From assembly GCA_965203555.1 (NCBI GenBank), contig CBDBCY010000004.1:864001-928000 (forward strand): DNA of 64,000 nt. The letters run 5' to 3'. The notes below the pieces were generated by a model. It saw nothing but the letters and a program-made list of their open reading frames with translations, ran no database searches and was not told the DNA's origin. Shown here piece after piece: positions 19,433-29,392 of this stretch; positions within the stretch are counted from its first letter, which is position 1, and each line of letters starts with the position of its first letter. This stretch comes from Acidimicrobiia bacterium (GTDB lineage Bacteria > Actinomycetota > Acidimicrobiia > Spongiisociales > ZC4RG35). The position numbers and the translations under genes were made by a program.

Positions 19433-20323
19433 TCAGTTCTCGGAAGGAGTTTCGCAGGCATCGTCAAACAGTTCTTCGATCCGCTGGAAGAAACCCTCGA
19501 AGTCCTGTCCATCCTCGTTTTCCGAGCCTTCCAGATCTTCGATGTCTTCGACAATGTCCGACAGACTCTGAAAGTCGAGTTCGCAGTCTTCGAGAAAGGC
19601 CAGGTCGGGCAGAATATCTCCGAAGGCGAATCCGAACAATCCCTCAAAAGGCATTTCCCCAAAAGGCATTTCCCCGTCCTCGCTCCATGAGTTCTCTTCC
19701 CAGAACCTCTTCTCTCTGTCCTCCCCGTTGTCGAACCGGTCGGGACTGCCGAACCCGTCGGGCCACCCCATGCCCGGACGGAACCGACCTTCATCCCAAC
19801 GCCTCTCGATGAGACTCCCGATCTCTTCGACGGCCTCTTCGATAAGTTCCTCCAACACCTCATAGGGGATATAGATACCCCTGCGGTCTCCGAACTCCCC
19901 ACCGAGCGGCCCCCTCTCCGGGAACCAACCCCTGCGGTCCCCTTTCCAATCGAATTCTCCATCGAGGCCCGGGAAGGGGCGGAACCGCCTTCCGTCCCGC
20001 CACCGTTTTCCTTCATCGGACCACTCCTCGAGAGGTTTCACCTCGGATGCGGAAAAGCCCTGCTCGTGACGGTCGTCCAACTCCACCCCCCCATCCCCGT
20101 CTTCGTACCAGAGTCCGATCAGCACTCCCGCGCCCAGGAGCAGCACCCCCACTCCCAGCCGCCACCAAAAAGCCCACTTGCCCAAATAGCCGAAAATTCT
20201 GCCCAGGCGTCTTCTTCTGCGGGCCGGGGTCTCGCTCTCCTCCATCGGGGTCTCGCTCTCCTCCATCTCCGAGTCGGGGGATGGTGACGATTCCTCCGGA
20301 TTCCGGTCATGCTGTTCTTCCAT
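19433..20323 (-). CDS. Hypothetical single-TM protein with an acidic low-complexity region
   Basis: GAGGAG RBS; one TM (WRLGVGVLLLGAGVLIGLW); E/D/G/F/R-rich; internal repeats MEESETP x2 and GEMPF x2. Confidence 0.7.
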   Translation of the reverse strand: MEEQHDRNPEESSPSPDSEMEESETPMEESETPARRRRRLGRIFGYLGKWAFWWRLGVGVLLLGAGVLIGLWYEDGDGGVELDDRHEQGFSASEVKPLEEWSDEGKRWRDGRRFRPFPGLDGEFDWKGDRRGWFPERGPLGGEFGDRRGIYIPYEVLEELIEEAVEEIGSLIERRWDEGRFRPGMGWPDGFGSPDRFDNGEDREKRFWEENSWSEDGEMPFGEMPFEGLFGFAFGDILPDLAFLEDCELDFQSLSDIVEDIEDLEGSENEDGQDFEGFFQRIEELFDDACETPSEN

Positions 20324-20495
20324 GTTGCTCCTCGCTAACCGCGTCTTCTGTTCCGTTGTGTCCCATTACCCATAAAAACACCATAAACACCATGCGGACC
20401 GGCGTCCAGACCCACCGCACGGGGGCGCTGTCCCGACCGGTTCGACTCATGGCGAAGTCGTCACTCTCAACAGATTTGTAGCATTCGGGACATAG

Positions 20496-20804
20496 ATGAA
20501 AGAGCGAGACCGGAACATGAAAGGGCCGCAGGCGCAGTCGGATTCGACGTCGTCCCCGGCAAAATCCCCCCTGAAGAAACCCGCCCTCCCCTGGAGGGTG
20601 GCAGGCGGCGGGCTGATCGCCCTGCTTTTGATCTGGTTCGTCATCCAGAATTCCCACCCGGTGGAAGTCCGCCTGTTCTGGTGGGCCGGCGCTTTCCCCA
20701 TGATCATGGTCCTGGCGGCTGTGGTGGTGGCCACCATCCTGATCCGGGAGACACTGGGGTCGATCAGGCGACGACGACGCAGACGAAGGCCCAAAGGTGG
20801 CTGA
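20496..20804 (+). CDS. LapA / DUF1049 family membrane protein
   Basis: LLIWFVIQNSHPVEVRLFWW motif, two TMs, basic tail. Confidence 0.8.
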   Translation: MKERDRNMKGPQAQSDSTSSPAKSPLKKPALPWRVAGGGLIALLLIWFVIQNSHPVEVRLFWWAGAFPMIMVLAAVVVATILIRETLGSIRRRRRRRRPKGG

Positions 20805-22143
20805 ACGACTGGTGGTCATCGGAGGAGACGCGGCCGGGATGTCCGCGGCCAGCCAGGCGCGAAGGCGCCGGTCAGCCGAAGACCTGAGCATTGTCGCCCT
20901 GGAACGTTCCTCCCATGTCTCCTATTCGGCTTGCGGAGAGCCTTACCATGTAGCCGGCTACGTCGATCCGCTGGAACGGCTCGTGGCCCGTTCGCCCCGG
21001 CAGTTTGAAGACCGTGACATCGAGGTCCGGATCCGCCATGAGGCGGTGGAGATCGACTTGGACATACGTGAAGTCACGGTTCGGGACATCCGGCAGGGCA
21101 ACACCTACCGGCTCGGCTTCGATCAACTGATGGTGGCAACCGGGGCCACCGCGTTGCGGCCGCCGATCAGCGGCATCGACCTGCCCGGGGTCTCGGAACT
21201 GCGGACCCTGGACGACGCGGCCTGGCTGCGACAACGCGCTGACGGCCGCAAGGTTCCGGTAGTGGTGATCGGAGGGGGATACATCGGTTTGGAAACGGCC
21301 GAGGCATTCCACCACCGTGGATTTCCGGTGGTGGTGCTCACTTCCGGCCAGGCCGTCCTGGACCGCACCCTTGATCCCGACCTCGGACTCAAAGTGGTCA
21401 AAGCCCTCGAGGACATGGGGATCAGAGTGGTGACCGAAACCCGGGTCAAGTGCATCAACGGCGCCAAACGGGTGGAGAGCGTGGGATGTGAAGACGAGAC
21501 CCACCCCGCCAATCTGGTGGTGCTGGGTCTTGGTTCGCGTCCCGAGACTGAACTGGCCACCGAAGCCGGGATACCGGTCGGCGACACCGGCGCTATTGCC
21601 GTGGACAGAAGGCAGCGGACCGAGATCGATGGAGTATGGTCGGCCGGAGATTGTTCGCAAGCCATACACCGCGTTACGGGCCGACCAGTCAACTACCACC
21701 TGGGAACTATCGCCAACAAGACCGGACGGGTGGCAGGCATCAACATCGGGGGAGGCAGGGCCGAGTTCCCCGGGGTATTGGGAACGGCTATCACCAAGGT
21801 CTGCGATCTTGAGATCGCCTCGACCGGGCTGACCAGCGGTGCCGCCCGGCAGGCAGGGTTCCAGATCGTGATCGGAGACGCTGCGGGAACTACGACAGCC
21901 GGATACTGGCCGGCCGCCTCGCCCATGACCATCCGGGTTATAGCCGAAGAGTCCAGCAACCGGATCCTGGGCGCCCAGATCGTGGGCGGCCCCGGCGCCG
22001 GTAAGAGAATCGATGTGTTCGCCACGGCCATCTGGAATGACATGACCGCCCGCCAACTGGCCTGGACCGACCTCGCCTACGCTCCCCCATTCTCAGGGGT
22101 GTGGGATTTGATCCATATCGCTGCTCGGCGCACAACCTATTAA
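20797..22143 (+). CDS. FAD-dependent pyridine nucleotide-disulfide oxidoreductase (CoA-disulfide reductase/NADH oxidase family)
   Basis: IGGDAAGMSAA, SYSACG, GGGYIGLE, DLAYAPPFS. Confidence 0.92.
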   Translation: MAERLVVIGGDAAGMSAASQARRRRSAEDLSIVALERSSHVSYSACGEPYHVAGYVDPLERLVARSPRQFEDRDIEVRIRHEAVEIDLDIREVTVRDIRQGNTYRLGFDQLMVATGATALRPPISGIDLPGVSELRTLDDAAWLRQRADGRKVPVVVIGGGYIGLETAEAFHHRGFPVVVLTSGQAVLDRTLDPDLGLKVVKALEDMGIRVVTETRVKCINGAKRVESVGCEDETHPANLVVLGLGSRPETELATEAGIPVGDTGAIAVDRRQRTEIDGVWSAGDCSQAIHRVTGRPVNYHLGTIANKTGRVAGINIGGGRAEFPGVLGTAITKVCDLEIASTGLTSGAARQAGFQIVIGDAAGTTTAGYWPAASPMTIRVIAEESSNRILGAQIVGGPGAGKRIDVFATAIWNDMTARQLAWTDLAYAPPFSGVWDLIHIAARRTTY

Positions 22144-22153
22144 CCTCCCCGCT

Positions 22154-23338
22154 ATGAATCGCATCTCACATCGGATCGGCAGCATCGCTCCCTCGGCTAC
22201 CATGGCCGTCTCCGCCAAAGCGAAACAGATGGCCGCGGCAGGAGCAGACGTAGTCAGTTTCGGGCCGGGCGAACCCGACTTTCCTACCCCTCAACATGTG
22301 GTGGAGGAGGCGGCGGCCGCCTGCCGGGACGTGCAGAATCACCGCTACAGCGCCACGCCCGGGCACCAAGACTTGAGGGAGGCGGTGGCTGCCGCAACTT
22401 CCGCCAATTCCAAAGTTGATGTATCTGCGTCCCAGGTGCTGGTCACCAACGGAGGAAAATACGCGGTTTTTGCAGCCTGCGCGGCCCTCCTTGACCCTGG
22501 AGACGAAGTGATAGTTCCTGCTCCGTACTGGGTCTCCTATCCGTGGACAATTCATCTGGCCGGCGGTGTAGCCGTACCGGTTCTGGCCGATCAAAGTACG
22601 GGATTCCAGATAACTATCGACCAACTGGAACAGGCCGTGACCGACCGTACCAAGGCCCTGATCTTTGTCTCTCCCTCCAATCCCACCGGCGCTGTTTACA
22701 GCCCTGCCAAAGTTCGAGAGTTGGCCGAGTGGGCGTCGCAGCGGGGAATCTGGGTGATCGCGGACGAGATCTATGAACATTTCGTCTATGACGGCGCCGA
22801 GTTCTCTTCCATCGCTGCCTTTATGGACGACCGCTGGGTGATCGTCAACGGCGTGGCGAAGGCGTACGCCATGCCGGGCTGGCGGGTAGGGTGGATGGTC
22901 GGGCCGTCCGATGTGATCAAGGCTGCCGTCGGACTGCAGTCCCACTCCACCTCCAACGTGTGCAACGTTGCTCAGAAGGCGGCCTTGGCGGCGCTCACCG
23001 GACCACAGCAGCCGGTGGCGGACATGAGAGACGCCTTTGATCGCCGCCGCCGGACCATGTACGATGCCCTGTCGGCCATGGAGGGGATCGAATGTCTGGT
23101 ACCCCAAGGCGCCTTCTACGCTTTCCCCGACTGCTCCGGCCTCATGGGGCGCAGTCTGGGCGGCAGGAAAGTGCTCAACACCATCCAGTTGGCGGACACC
23201 TTCCTCGAAGAGATCAAAGTAGCGGTTGTACCCGGGGAGGCGTTCGGAGCGCCGGGCTTCGTACGGTTTTCCTATGCCCTTTCGGACCAGGATCTCGCCA
23301 AGGGAATGCAACGTCTCTCCAACTTTCTAGCCAGGTGA
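22154..23338 (+). CDS. PLP-dependent class I/II aminotransferase (aspartate aminotransferase-like)
   Basis: GEPDF, SPSNPTG, DEIYE, AKAYAMPGWRVG. Confidence 0.92.
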   Translation: MNRISHRIGSIAPSATMAVSAKAKQMAAAGADVVSFGPGEPDFPTPQHVVEEAAAACRDVQNHRYSATPGHQDLREAVAAATSANSKVDVSASQVLVTNGGKYAVFAACAALLDPGDEVIVPAPYWVSYPWTIHLAGGVAVPVLADQSTGFQITIDQLEQAVTDRTKALIFVSPSNPTGAVYSPAKVRELAEWASQRGIWVIADEIYEHFVYDGAEFSSIAAFMDDRWVIVNGVAKAYAMPGWRVGWMVGPSDVIKAAVGLQSHSTSNVCNVAQKAALAALTGPQQPVADMRDAFDRRRRTMYDALSAMEGIECLVPQGAFYAFPDCSGLMGRSLGGRKVLNTIQLADTFLEEIKVAVVPGEAFGAPGFVRFSYALSDQDLAKGMQRLSNFLAR

Positions 23339-23379
23339 GGCCCCGGCGCCAAAGGGAAGAGCGGGCGTGACACCCAGCC

Positions 23380-23410
23380 GCCTGATCGATACATGTAGCA
23401 TCGATTAGGC
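23380..23410. terminator. Intergenic inverted repeat (hairpin or operator)
   Basis: gcctgatcgat-N9-atcgattaggc, 11-bp stem with one G-U pair, downstream of the aminotransferase; no U-tract. Confidence 0.4.
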
Positions 23411-23482
23411 ACCCCTTGGTGGGGATTTCAGCCGACACCCCCGCAAATGTACGCTCTGTCCTCAACAGCCAGAGGGACAGCC

Positions 23483-24562
23483 ATGAGCGGAATCGGCGTA
23501 AAGGCCCAAATATTGGTCGAGCCGCACACCCTGCGACCCCGGACTCTGCCGCGGCGTTCCATTCAGGAGGGGGCATGGTTGGCAGTGGAGGCGACCAGCC
23601 TATCGGGAATAGACGCTCAGGCATGGGCCGGCGAGATCTCCCAGCTGACTTATCCCGTCATCCTGGGGCGGCAGGTGGTGGGCAGGATCGCCGACTCGAT
23701 CAATGGAGATCTGCCGTATCCGATCGGATCCCGAGTCTTGGTGGAGCCGGTCATCCGGTGCCGCCGGTGCTCCTCCTGTCTGGCGGGACTTTCCTTATGC
23801 CGACACCGGCATCCGGTCAACTCTTACGGCCTGATCCCCTCCACCGAGCACCCCGGGCTATGGGGGGGGATGGCCGAGACCCTCTACATCGACCCCAACG
23901 CCCGTCTTCATCAGATCAGTGACGACATCCCGGCCGTGACCGCCACAATCGCTCATGCTCTGGCCGACGGGTGGACATGGGCGGTCCAGAGTCCGCGTCT
24001 GCACCCCGGAGAGAACATTTTGATCCTGGGGCCGGGACCTCGAGGGTTGGCCTGCCTGCTGGCCGCCAAGAGCGCCGGCGCCGGGTGGGTGGGTATCAGT
24101 GGCCTGGATGTGGACTCCGACCGTTTGGAGATGGCCCGAAAACTCGGAGTTGATCTGACCGTCAACGTCACCGGGCAGGACTTGCAAACGGCGGTGGCAA
24201 ACAGCCTCGGTTGCCGCCCTGACGTGGTGGTGGACGTGACATCCAACGATCCCGAAGCTATTTATACGGCTCTTGAGATCGTACGGCCGGGAGGCCAAGT
24301 GATACTGGCCTCAACCAAGGGAGGCAGACCTCTCTACTCGCTGTACTCCGATGTCATCGTCACCAAGCAACTGCAAGTGATGGGAGTACTGGGCCCGTCA
24401 GCGGAAGGGTTCGAGTGGGGAGTAAGGCAGTTGGCGATCGACCCGCGGCTCGACTCCCTGATCAGTCACCAGTTTCCGTTGGACGAGTCTCACCTGGCGG
24501 TGGCAGCCACTTCCGGGAAGTTGGGCCACGAAGAATTGATCTCGGTGGCAATCAGCTTTTGA
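23483..24562 (+). CDS. Zinc-binding MDR alcohol dehydrogenase-like protein with a degenerate catalytic Zn site
   Basis: Structural Zn CRRCSSC..C and GPGPRG retained; C-G-x-D and GHE positions read SGID and GRQ. Confidence 0.8.
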   Translation: MSGIGVKAQILVEPHTLRPRTLPRRSIQEGAWLAVEATSLSGIDAQAWAGEISQLTYPVILGRQVVGRIADSINGDLPYPIGSRVLVEPVIRCRRCSSCLAGLSLCRHRHPVNSYGLIPSTEHPGLWGGMAETLYIDPNARLHQISDDIPAVTATIAHALADGWTWAVQSPRLHPGENILILGPGPRGLACLLAAKSAGAGWVGISGLDVDSDRLEMARKLGVDLTVNVTGQDLQTAVANSLGCRPDVVVDVTSNDPEAIYTALEIVRPGGQVILASTKGGRPLYSLYSDVIVTKQLQVMGVLGPSAEGFEWGVRQLAIDPRLDSLISHQFPLDESHLAVAATSGKLGHEELISVAISF

Positions 24563-24584
24563 CGCCGATTACCAAAGCCGGACG

Positions 24585-25898
24585 GTGACCGGATTGACCC
24601 CCGCACCGGACTGGCAGCCGTCTCGTTCCTCGGTCTGGGCCTGGGTCGGTTATGACTTGGCCAATACCATTTTCTCGCTGGGAGTGATCGGGCTCTATCT
24701 TCCCCAGTGGATCTTGGAGGAGGGACTTGCCGATTCGGCGTTGTCGTTGGCCACCGCCGGGGCCGGAATGGCCGTGGCTTTCCTGGCGCCCTGGGTGGGG
24801 GCCAGGACCGACTACCAGGAAAACAGAATCGGCGCCTTGGCGATCACGACCGGCATGGCCGTGGCGGGGACCTCCTTGTTGGCGATAGGACCAACCCTGC
24901 TTACCATGGTCATCTTTGCCGTTTCCCTCATTGGATTCCATGTGGGATCAGCTGTCTACGACTCTTTACTTCTGGATGTAAGCACCCCCCAGACCCGCAG
25001 TCGCGTGTCAGGACTGGGAGTGGCGATCGGATACGTGGGGTCCTTCATCGGATTGGGGATCGGTTCTGTGGTTCTGGGTATGGGAGGGGAGTACTCAACA
25101 GTCTTCCGTTCCCTGGCGGTCGGCTTCGCGGTCTTTTCCCTGCCCGCTTTCTTCCTGATACGCCCCGCTCCCCGACCGGCGCCGGTGGGTGATCCTCCAC
25201 CCCTTTGGAGAATCCTCGGGGAACTGTTCAGATCATGGAAGGCCACCAGGCAATACCCGAACCTGACGCGATTCCTGGTGGGCCGGTTTTGCTATACGGA
25301 GACAGTTAATACCCTCATCGGCGGGTTCCTGGCCATCTACGCAACGGAAGAGGCGGGATTAACCACCTCGGAGGTCACCGTGCTGCTGGGCGCCGCCATA
25401 GCCGCTTCCATGGCCGGCGGGTTCTTCGGTGGTTGGCTGGCTGCCCGCTTCGGACCCGGGCCGGCAGTGCGCCTGATCCTGAAATTGTGGATAGTGACCA
25501 TCGCCTTGGGGGTAACCGCCGGCATAACCGGCGTCACCGTCTTGATCTGGATAGCGGGCCTGTCCGGCGGTGTGGCGTTGGGTGCACTGTGGGCCACAGA
25601 CCGGGTGCTGATGACCGGTCTCTCCCCACCCCACCGTCTCGGGGAATTCTATGGCCTGTACGCCACTGTGGGAAGGTTCGCCGCAGTTCTCGGACCGTTG
25701 CTTTGGGGTTTCATAGTGGATGTTCTGAAATGGCGCCGGCATGCGGCCATGATCAGTTTGATGGTCGTGGCGGGGATCGCTCTCTATATCCTCAGGGAGG
25801 TCAATCCCCCGGTCGCCTACGAACCTTCCCCTTCCGACCCCGGCCCTGATGGATACACTACAGAAACCGATCCACCCAAAGATCCGTTGGGAACGTAG
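24585..25898 (+). CDS. MFS transporter (UMF1/Atg22-like)
   Basis: WAWVGYDLANT, YDSLL, GEFYGLY; about 12 TMs. Confidence 0.88.
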   Translation: MTGLTPAPDWQPSRSSVWAWVGYDLANTIFSLGVIGLYLPQWILEEGLADSALSLATAGAGMAVAFLAPWVGARTDYQENRIGALAITTGMAVAGTSLLAIGPTLLTMVIFAVSLIGFHVGSAVYDSLLLDVSTPQTRSRVSGLGVAIGYVGSFIGLGIGSVVLGMGGEYSTVFRSLAVGFAVFSLPAFFLIRPAPRPAPVGDPPPLWRILGELFRSWKATRQYPNLTRFLVGRFCYTETVNTLIGGFLAIYATEEAGLTTSEVTVLLGAAIAASMAGGFFGGWLAARFGPGPAVRLILKLWIVTIALGVTAGITGVTVLIWIAGLSGGVALGALWATDRVLMTGLSPPHRLGEFYGLYATVGRFAAVLGPLLWGFIVDVLKWRRHAAMISLMVVAGIALYILREVNPPVAYEPSPSDPGPDGYTTETDPPKDPLGT

Positions 25899-26364
25899 TA
25901 GGTCATACCTTCCTCGTCACGGAGGATGGTCACCCGGGGACGGATGTCCACCACCTCCCCAACCGCAGAGCCGCTCTTGACCTTGTCCCCGATCCGGTAC
26001 TGGTCCTCAGCCAGGATGAAGAAGCCGGCAATCACATCCTGGACCAAACCCCTGGCCCCCAAGCCGATTGCCACACCTGCCGCCGACGCAACCGCCAGGA
26101 ATGGCGCAAGCGGCAATCCCCACACCGCGATGATCATAATCCTCACGTTACCAGGAAAGCGATCAGGATGACCCTGCGCACCAATGACCACAAAGAAGCG
26201 GCTCGCGTCCCGTGGTCATCGCCCCGCTCGGCCATCTCTCCGACCACGCGTCTCCCTGTCCTCTTCACGACCAAATGAAGGATCCAAAGACCCAGCGCGG
26301 TGATAATCGTCCCCAGCATCTCATCTGCAAATTGCCACTCTGTGACGGATGACCACATGATCAA
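25817..26364 (-). pseudogene. mscS: Small-conductance mechanosensitive channel (MscS family), frameshifted
   Basis: Two overlapping frames: TM1-TM2 ending ..FLVT* (26143) and ..GVAIGLGARGLVQDVIAGFFILAEDQYRIGD..GEVVDIRPRVT..YYVPNG; frame change at GTA ACG TG AGG ATT. Confidence 0.75.
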
Positions 26365-26457
26365 AAGCTCCCATTCCGGTCGGGTAATAGGGACAAGTAG
26401 AAGCAGCGTTCGCTACCTACACTTTAACCGGGTTATCTCATCCTTTTTCCCTTCGCC

Positions 26458-28647
26458 ATGTCTCGAGCGGCCCGTTCCCTCCTGATAGTTGTAACGGCGG
26501 CGGCCGCGGTGATCATTGTCTCGGTGGTCAGCTTCGTACTGTGGAGCAGAGCCAATAGTCAGACCATCATCGGATCGGTAACCGTGGCAGGGTCGGACCT
26601 GAGCGGTTTGGAAAGAGCGGAGGCTGAGGCGGTTCTGGCCGAATTGGAAGCTGAGCAGGCGCAGGCAACCATCCGGATCCTCGTCAACGACCAGCCCATG
26701 ACGGTCAACGCGGCAGAGTTCGGATACCGCATCAATACCCAGGAGTTAATCGATCTGGCCCTGTGGCAGGAAAGGGACGGGGGCTTTCTCGCCCGGTGGC
26801 GACGCTGGCTGAGAGGCTTCTTCGACGACCCGGGCACCGTAGAGTTACAGCCCCAATCCTCCGTTGATCGGACCTTGGTGGAGAATCTTCTCAGCCAATT
26901 GGATCGACAATTCGGAATGCTCCCCGTGGAGGGGAAGGTGGAGTTCCTGGATGGACAGCCGGTAGCCACCTACCCCTCTCCAGGGTGGCTTCTGGACAGT
27001 TCGAACGCCGCCGAACAGATAACCGCCGCGGCGGTGAGCGGCGGGGGCACCGTGCAATTGAATACGGTGTTGGTAGAGCCTCGGACCAGTATCGGTCAGA
27101 TAGCCGATGCGGTGGCTCTGGCGCAAAAATGGATATCCGGACCGGTGGTCCTCCACGACCCGGAAGGAAATGCAGACCTGGTCTTCTCCGCCCAGGAGAT
27201 CGCCGACGCCACCATTTTTGAATTCGACGCCGCCTCCACTCCCCAGGTCACTCTGAACATCGACCGAAGGCTGGTGACCCGTAAGGTAGCCGGTATAGGG
27301 GACCTGATTGGCGACCCTCCCGTGGACGCATACTACGAGATCGACGAGAACGACCAGGTAACCATCCATCCATCCGCGGTCGGCACCGTCCTGGACGTGA
27401 CAGCCATCGGCGACATGCTGGTACAACTGGCGGCCGGTGAGGTGCGGGAGGGAACTTTACCCTTGGCGGAGGGAGTGCAGCCCCAGGTGACCACCGGAGA
27501 CATCGAGAACCTGGGGATCCGCCACTTGGTGTCCCAATACACCACCTACCACCCCTGCTGCGCTGCCCGGGTAACCAACATCCATCTCTTTGCCGACGCC
27601 GTCACCGATGCGCTGGTCCCGCCAGGTGAGGAGTTCAGTCTCAACGGGTATGTCGGCGAGCGAACCACCGAGGACGGGTTCGTAGAGGCGGGAACCCTGG
27701 TGAGGGGCGAACTGATCGACACGATCGGAGGAGGGGTAAGCCAATTCGCCACCACTTTTTACAACGCGGTGTTCTGGGGTGGATTCAAGGATGTGACCCA
27801 CAAGACCCATAGTTTCTATTTTCCTCGCTACCCCGAGGGCATTGAAGCCACCATCAACTGGCCCGAGGTGGATCTTGTTTTCCTCAACGACTCAGAGAGT
27901 CACGTGTTGATCCGCACCGAATACACCCGTACCTCCATCACCGTGAAGTTCTTCGGCGACAACGACGGGCGGGTCATAGTAGGAAGCTGGAAGGACGGAA
28001 GGGGCCGTCTGGAGGTCGTCTCAGAAGGAGGACCCGCCGCCCGGGTTGTGTCAGCCACGGTGTCGGAACGTTTCAATGGAATAGAACCGCCCGAGACCCT
28101 GTATCGGGCCAATCCAGAATTGGCGCCCAACGAGGTGGACCAGATTCAAACGGCTGAAAACGGCTGGACGGTGACCGTAATCCGCACTATCCAGCGGGGA
28201 GAACAGGACATCCAGCACATCCGCAACGTTCGATACATACCCCGCCAGGAAATAATCGAAGTCCATCCCTGCGTGATGTCGCTGCTGACCGAGTCCGGGG
28301 CGGTTGCGCAGGTGGAGGAATCAGAAGCGGGCGAGCAAGGCCCCGCCAACGGCGAGCCCATCGTGTGCCCGGGACCCGAGGATGAGGAACCCACCGTGCT
28401 TCCCGAAGATCTGAATGAACGATTCCCGGAATTGGCGCCCGAGGAAGGGGAGCAAACGCCGATAACAGACGAAGAAGGCGAACAGGGCCCCATAGAGGAA
28501 GAAGGCGAACAGGGCCCCATAGAGGAGGAAGAAGGGGAGCAGGTCCCTATAGGGGACGGGGAAGAGGAGAAGCAAGCACCCGTGGGAAACAGCGAGGAGA
28601 CCCCTCCGGACCCCGAACAGGATTCAAGCTCCGACGACGGTCAGTAG
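26458..28647 (+). CDS. VanW family protein with PG-binding repeats and an acidic tail
   Basis: N-terminal TM; RVTNI, FSLNGYVGERTTEDGF, GGGVSQFATTFYNA, RYPEGIEATI, DLVFLND. Confidence 0.88.
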   Translation: MSRAARSLLIVVTAAAAVIIVSVVSFVLWSRANSQTIIGSVTVAGSDLSGLERAEAEAVLAELEAEQAQATIRILVNDQPMTVNAAEFGYRINTQELIDLALWQERDGGFLARWRRWLRGFFDDPGTVELQPQSSVDRTLVENLLSQLDRQFGMLPVEGKVEFLDGQPVATYPSPGWLLDSSNAAEQITAAAVSGGGTVQLNTVLVEPRTSIGQIADAVALAQKWISGPVVLHDPEGNADLVFSAQEIADATIFEFDAASTPQVTLNIDRRLVTRKVAGIGDLIGDPPVDAYYEIDENDQVTIHPSAVGTVLDVTAIGDMLVQLAAGEVREGTLPLAEGVQPQVTTGDIENLGIRHLVSQYTTYHPCCAARVTNIHLFADAVTDALVPPGEEFSLNGYVGERTTEDGFVEAGTLVRGELIDTIGGGVSQFATTFYNAVFWGGFKDVTHKTHSFYFPRYPEGIEATINWPEVDLVFLNDSESHVLIRTEYTRTSITVKFFGDNDGRVIVGSWKDGRGRLEVVSEGGPAARVVSATVSERFNGIEPPETLYRANPELAPNEVDQIQTAENGWTVTVIRTIQRGEQDIQHIRNVRYIPRQEIIEVHPCVMSLLTESGAVAQVEESEAGEQGPANGEPIVCPGPEDEEPTVLPEDLNERFPELAPEEGEQTPITDEEGEQGPIEEEGEQGPIEEEEGEQVPIGDGEEEKQAPVGNSEETPPDPEQDSSSDDGQ
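28471..28524 (+). repeat. 27-bp tandem repeat encoding EEGEQGPIE in the VanW tail
   Basis: gaagaaggcgaacagggccccatagag x2 exact, with degenerate flanking copies. Confidence 0.85.
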
Positions 28648-28802
28648 CGCCCCCAACACCCCCCTCCGACAGCGAGGACGTGCGGTCGGGCAGAGGCGGG
28701 CAAGGAACATACATCTTGACGCTTTCGTTCAGCATCGCAACAACCCGGAGAGCCGAGCGTTGGCCGCACTTTCGGGGAAGAGCCTTCCCGTCCTGGCGCA
28801 CT

Positions 28803-29384
28803 CTATATCGGACTTCGGTTCTGAGAGGCGGCTTCCGCCGTTTTGGCGATACGCCGAGCTCGGGTGTCGGAACGACGAGCAGTGGCAATCCACCACAGGA
28901 CGCTCTTCCTGGCGGAGACGGTCAGTCCCTCGAAATTCTCTCTGGCCGACCTCCGTCCGGCCAGAGCGACAGCCAAGTCTTCGGGAACCACCAGGTCCTC
29001 GATGGGATCGTAAGCGGCCCATGCGCCGTTGCGCCTGGCTTCCTCTATGCAGGCCATCCCCGCCTCGGCCATCATTCCGCTCGCCACCAACCTTCTCACC
29101 CTTTCCTTGTTGGTACGGGACCATGGACTTCGGGGGTTTCGAGGGGTGAACATCAGGGCATACCGCCGGTCATCCAAGCGTCTTTTGCGACTGTCGACCC
29201 ACCCGAAGCAGATCGCTTCCTCCACAGACTCCTCGTATTTCATGGTCTGCTTCCCGGCGCCCTTCTTATAGAAGACCACCCATATCCCCGGCCCGAGGGC
29301 GTGGTTATTCTCCAGCCACTCCCGCCAGGCGCCCCGGTCGGAAAAGTATATCCGCTGGTGGTCACCGGGCGTCGGGGGACCCAT
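28803..29384 (-). CDS. YdeI/OmpD-associated family protein
   Basis: WREWLENNH, EEAICFGWVDS, FTPRNPRSPWS, VPEDL, TRARRI. Confidence 0.9.
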   Translation of the reverse strand: MGPPTPGDHQRIYFSDRGAWREWLENNHALGPGIWVVFYKKGAGKQTMKYEESVEEAICFGWVDSRKRRLDDRRYALMFTPRNPRSPWSRTNKERVRRLVASGMMAEAGMACIEEARRNGAWAAYDPIEDLVVPEDLAVALAGRRSARENFEGLTVSARKSVLWWIATARRSDTRARRIAKTAEAASQNRSPI

Positions 29385-29392
29385 CAGGGTAT

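Noticed and set aside
20365-20395. cataaa(aa)cac short repeats upstream of the acidic TM protein as a response-regulator site
   Set aside because: Irregular period and too short to support
26458-28647. Vancomycin resistance locus
   Set aside because: VanW-domain proteins are common cell-wall proteins and no vanHAX/vanRS genes are present
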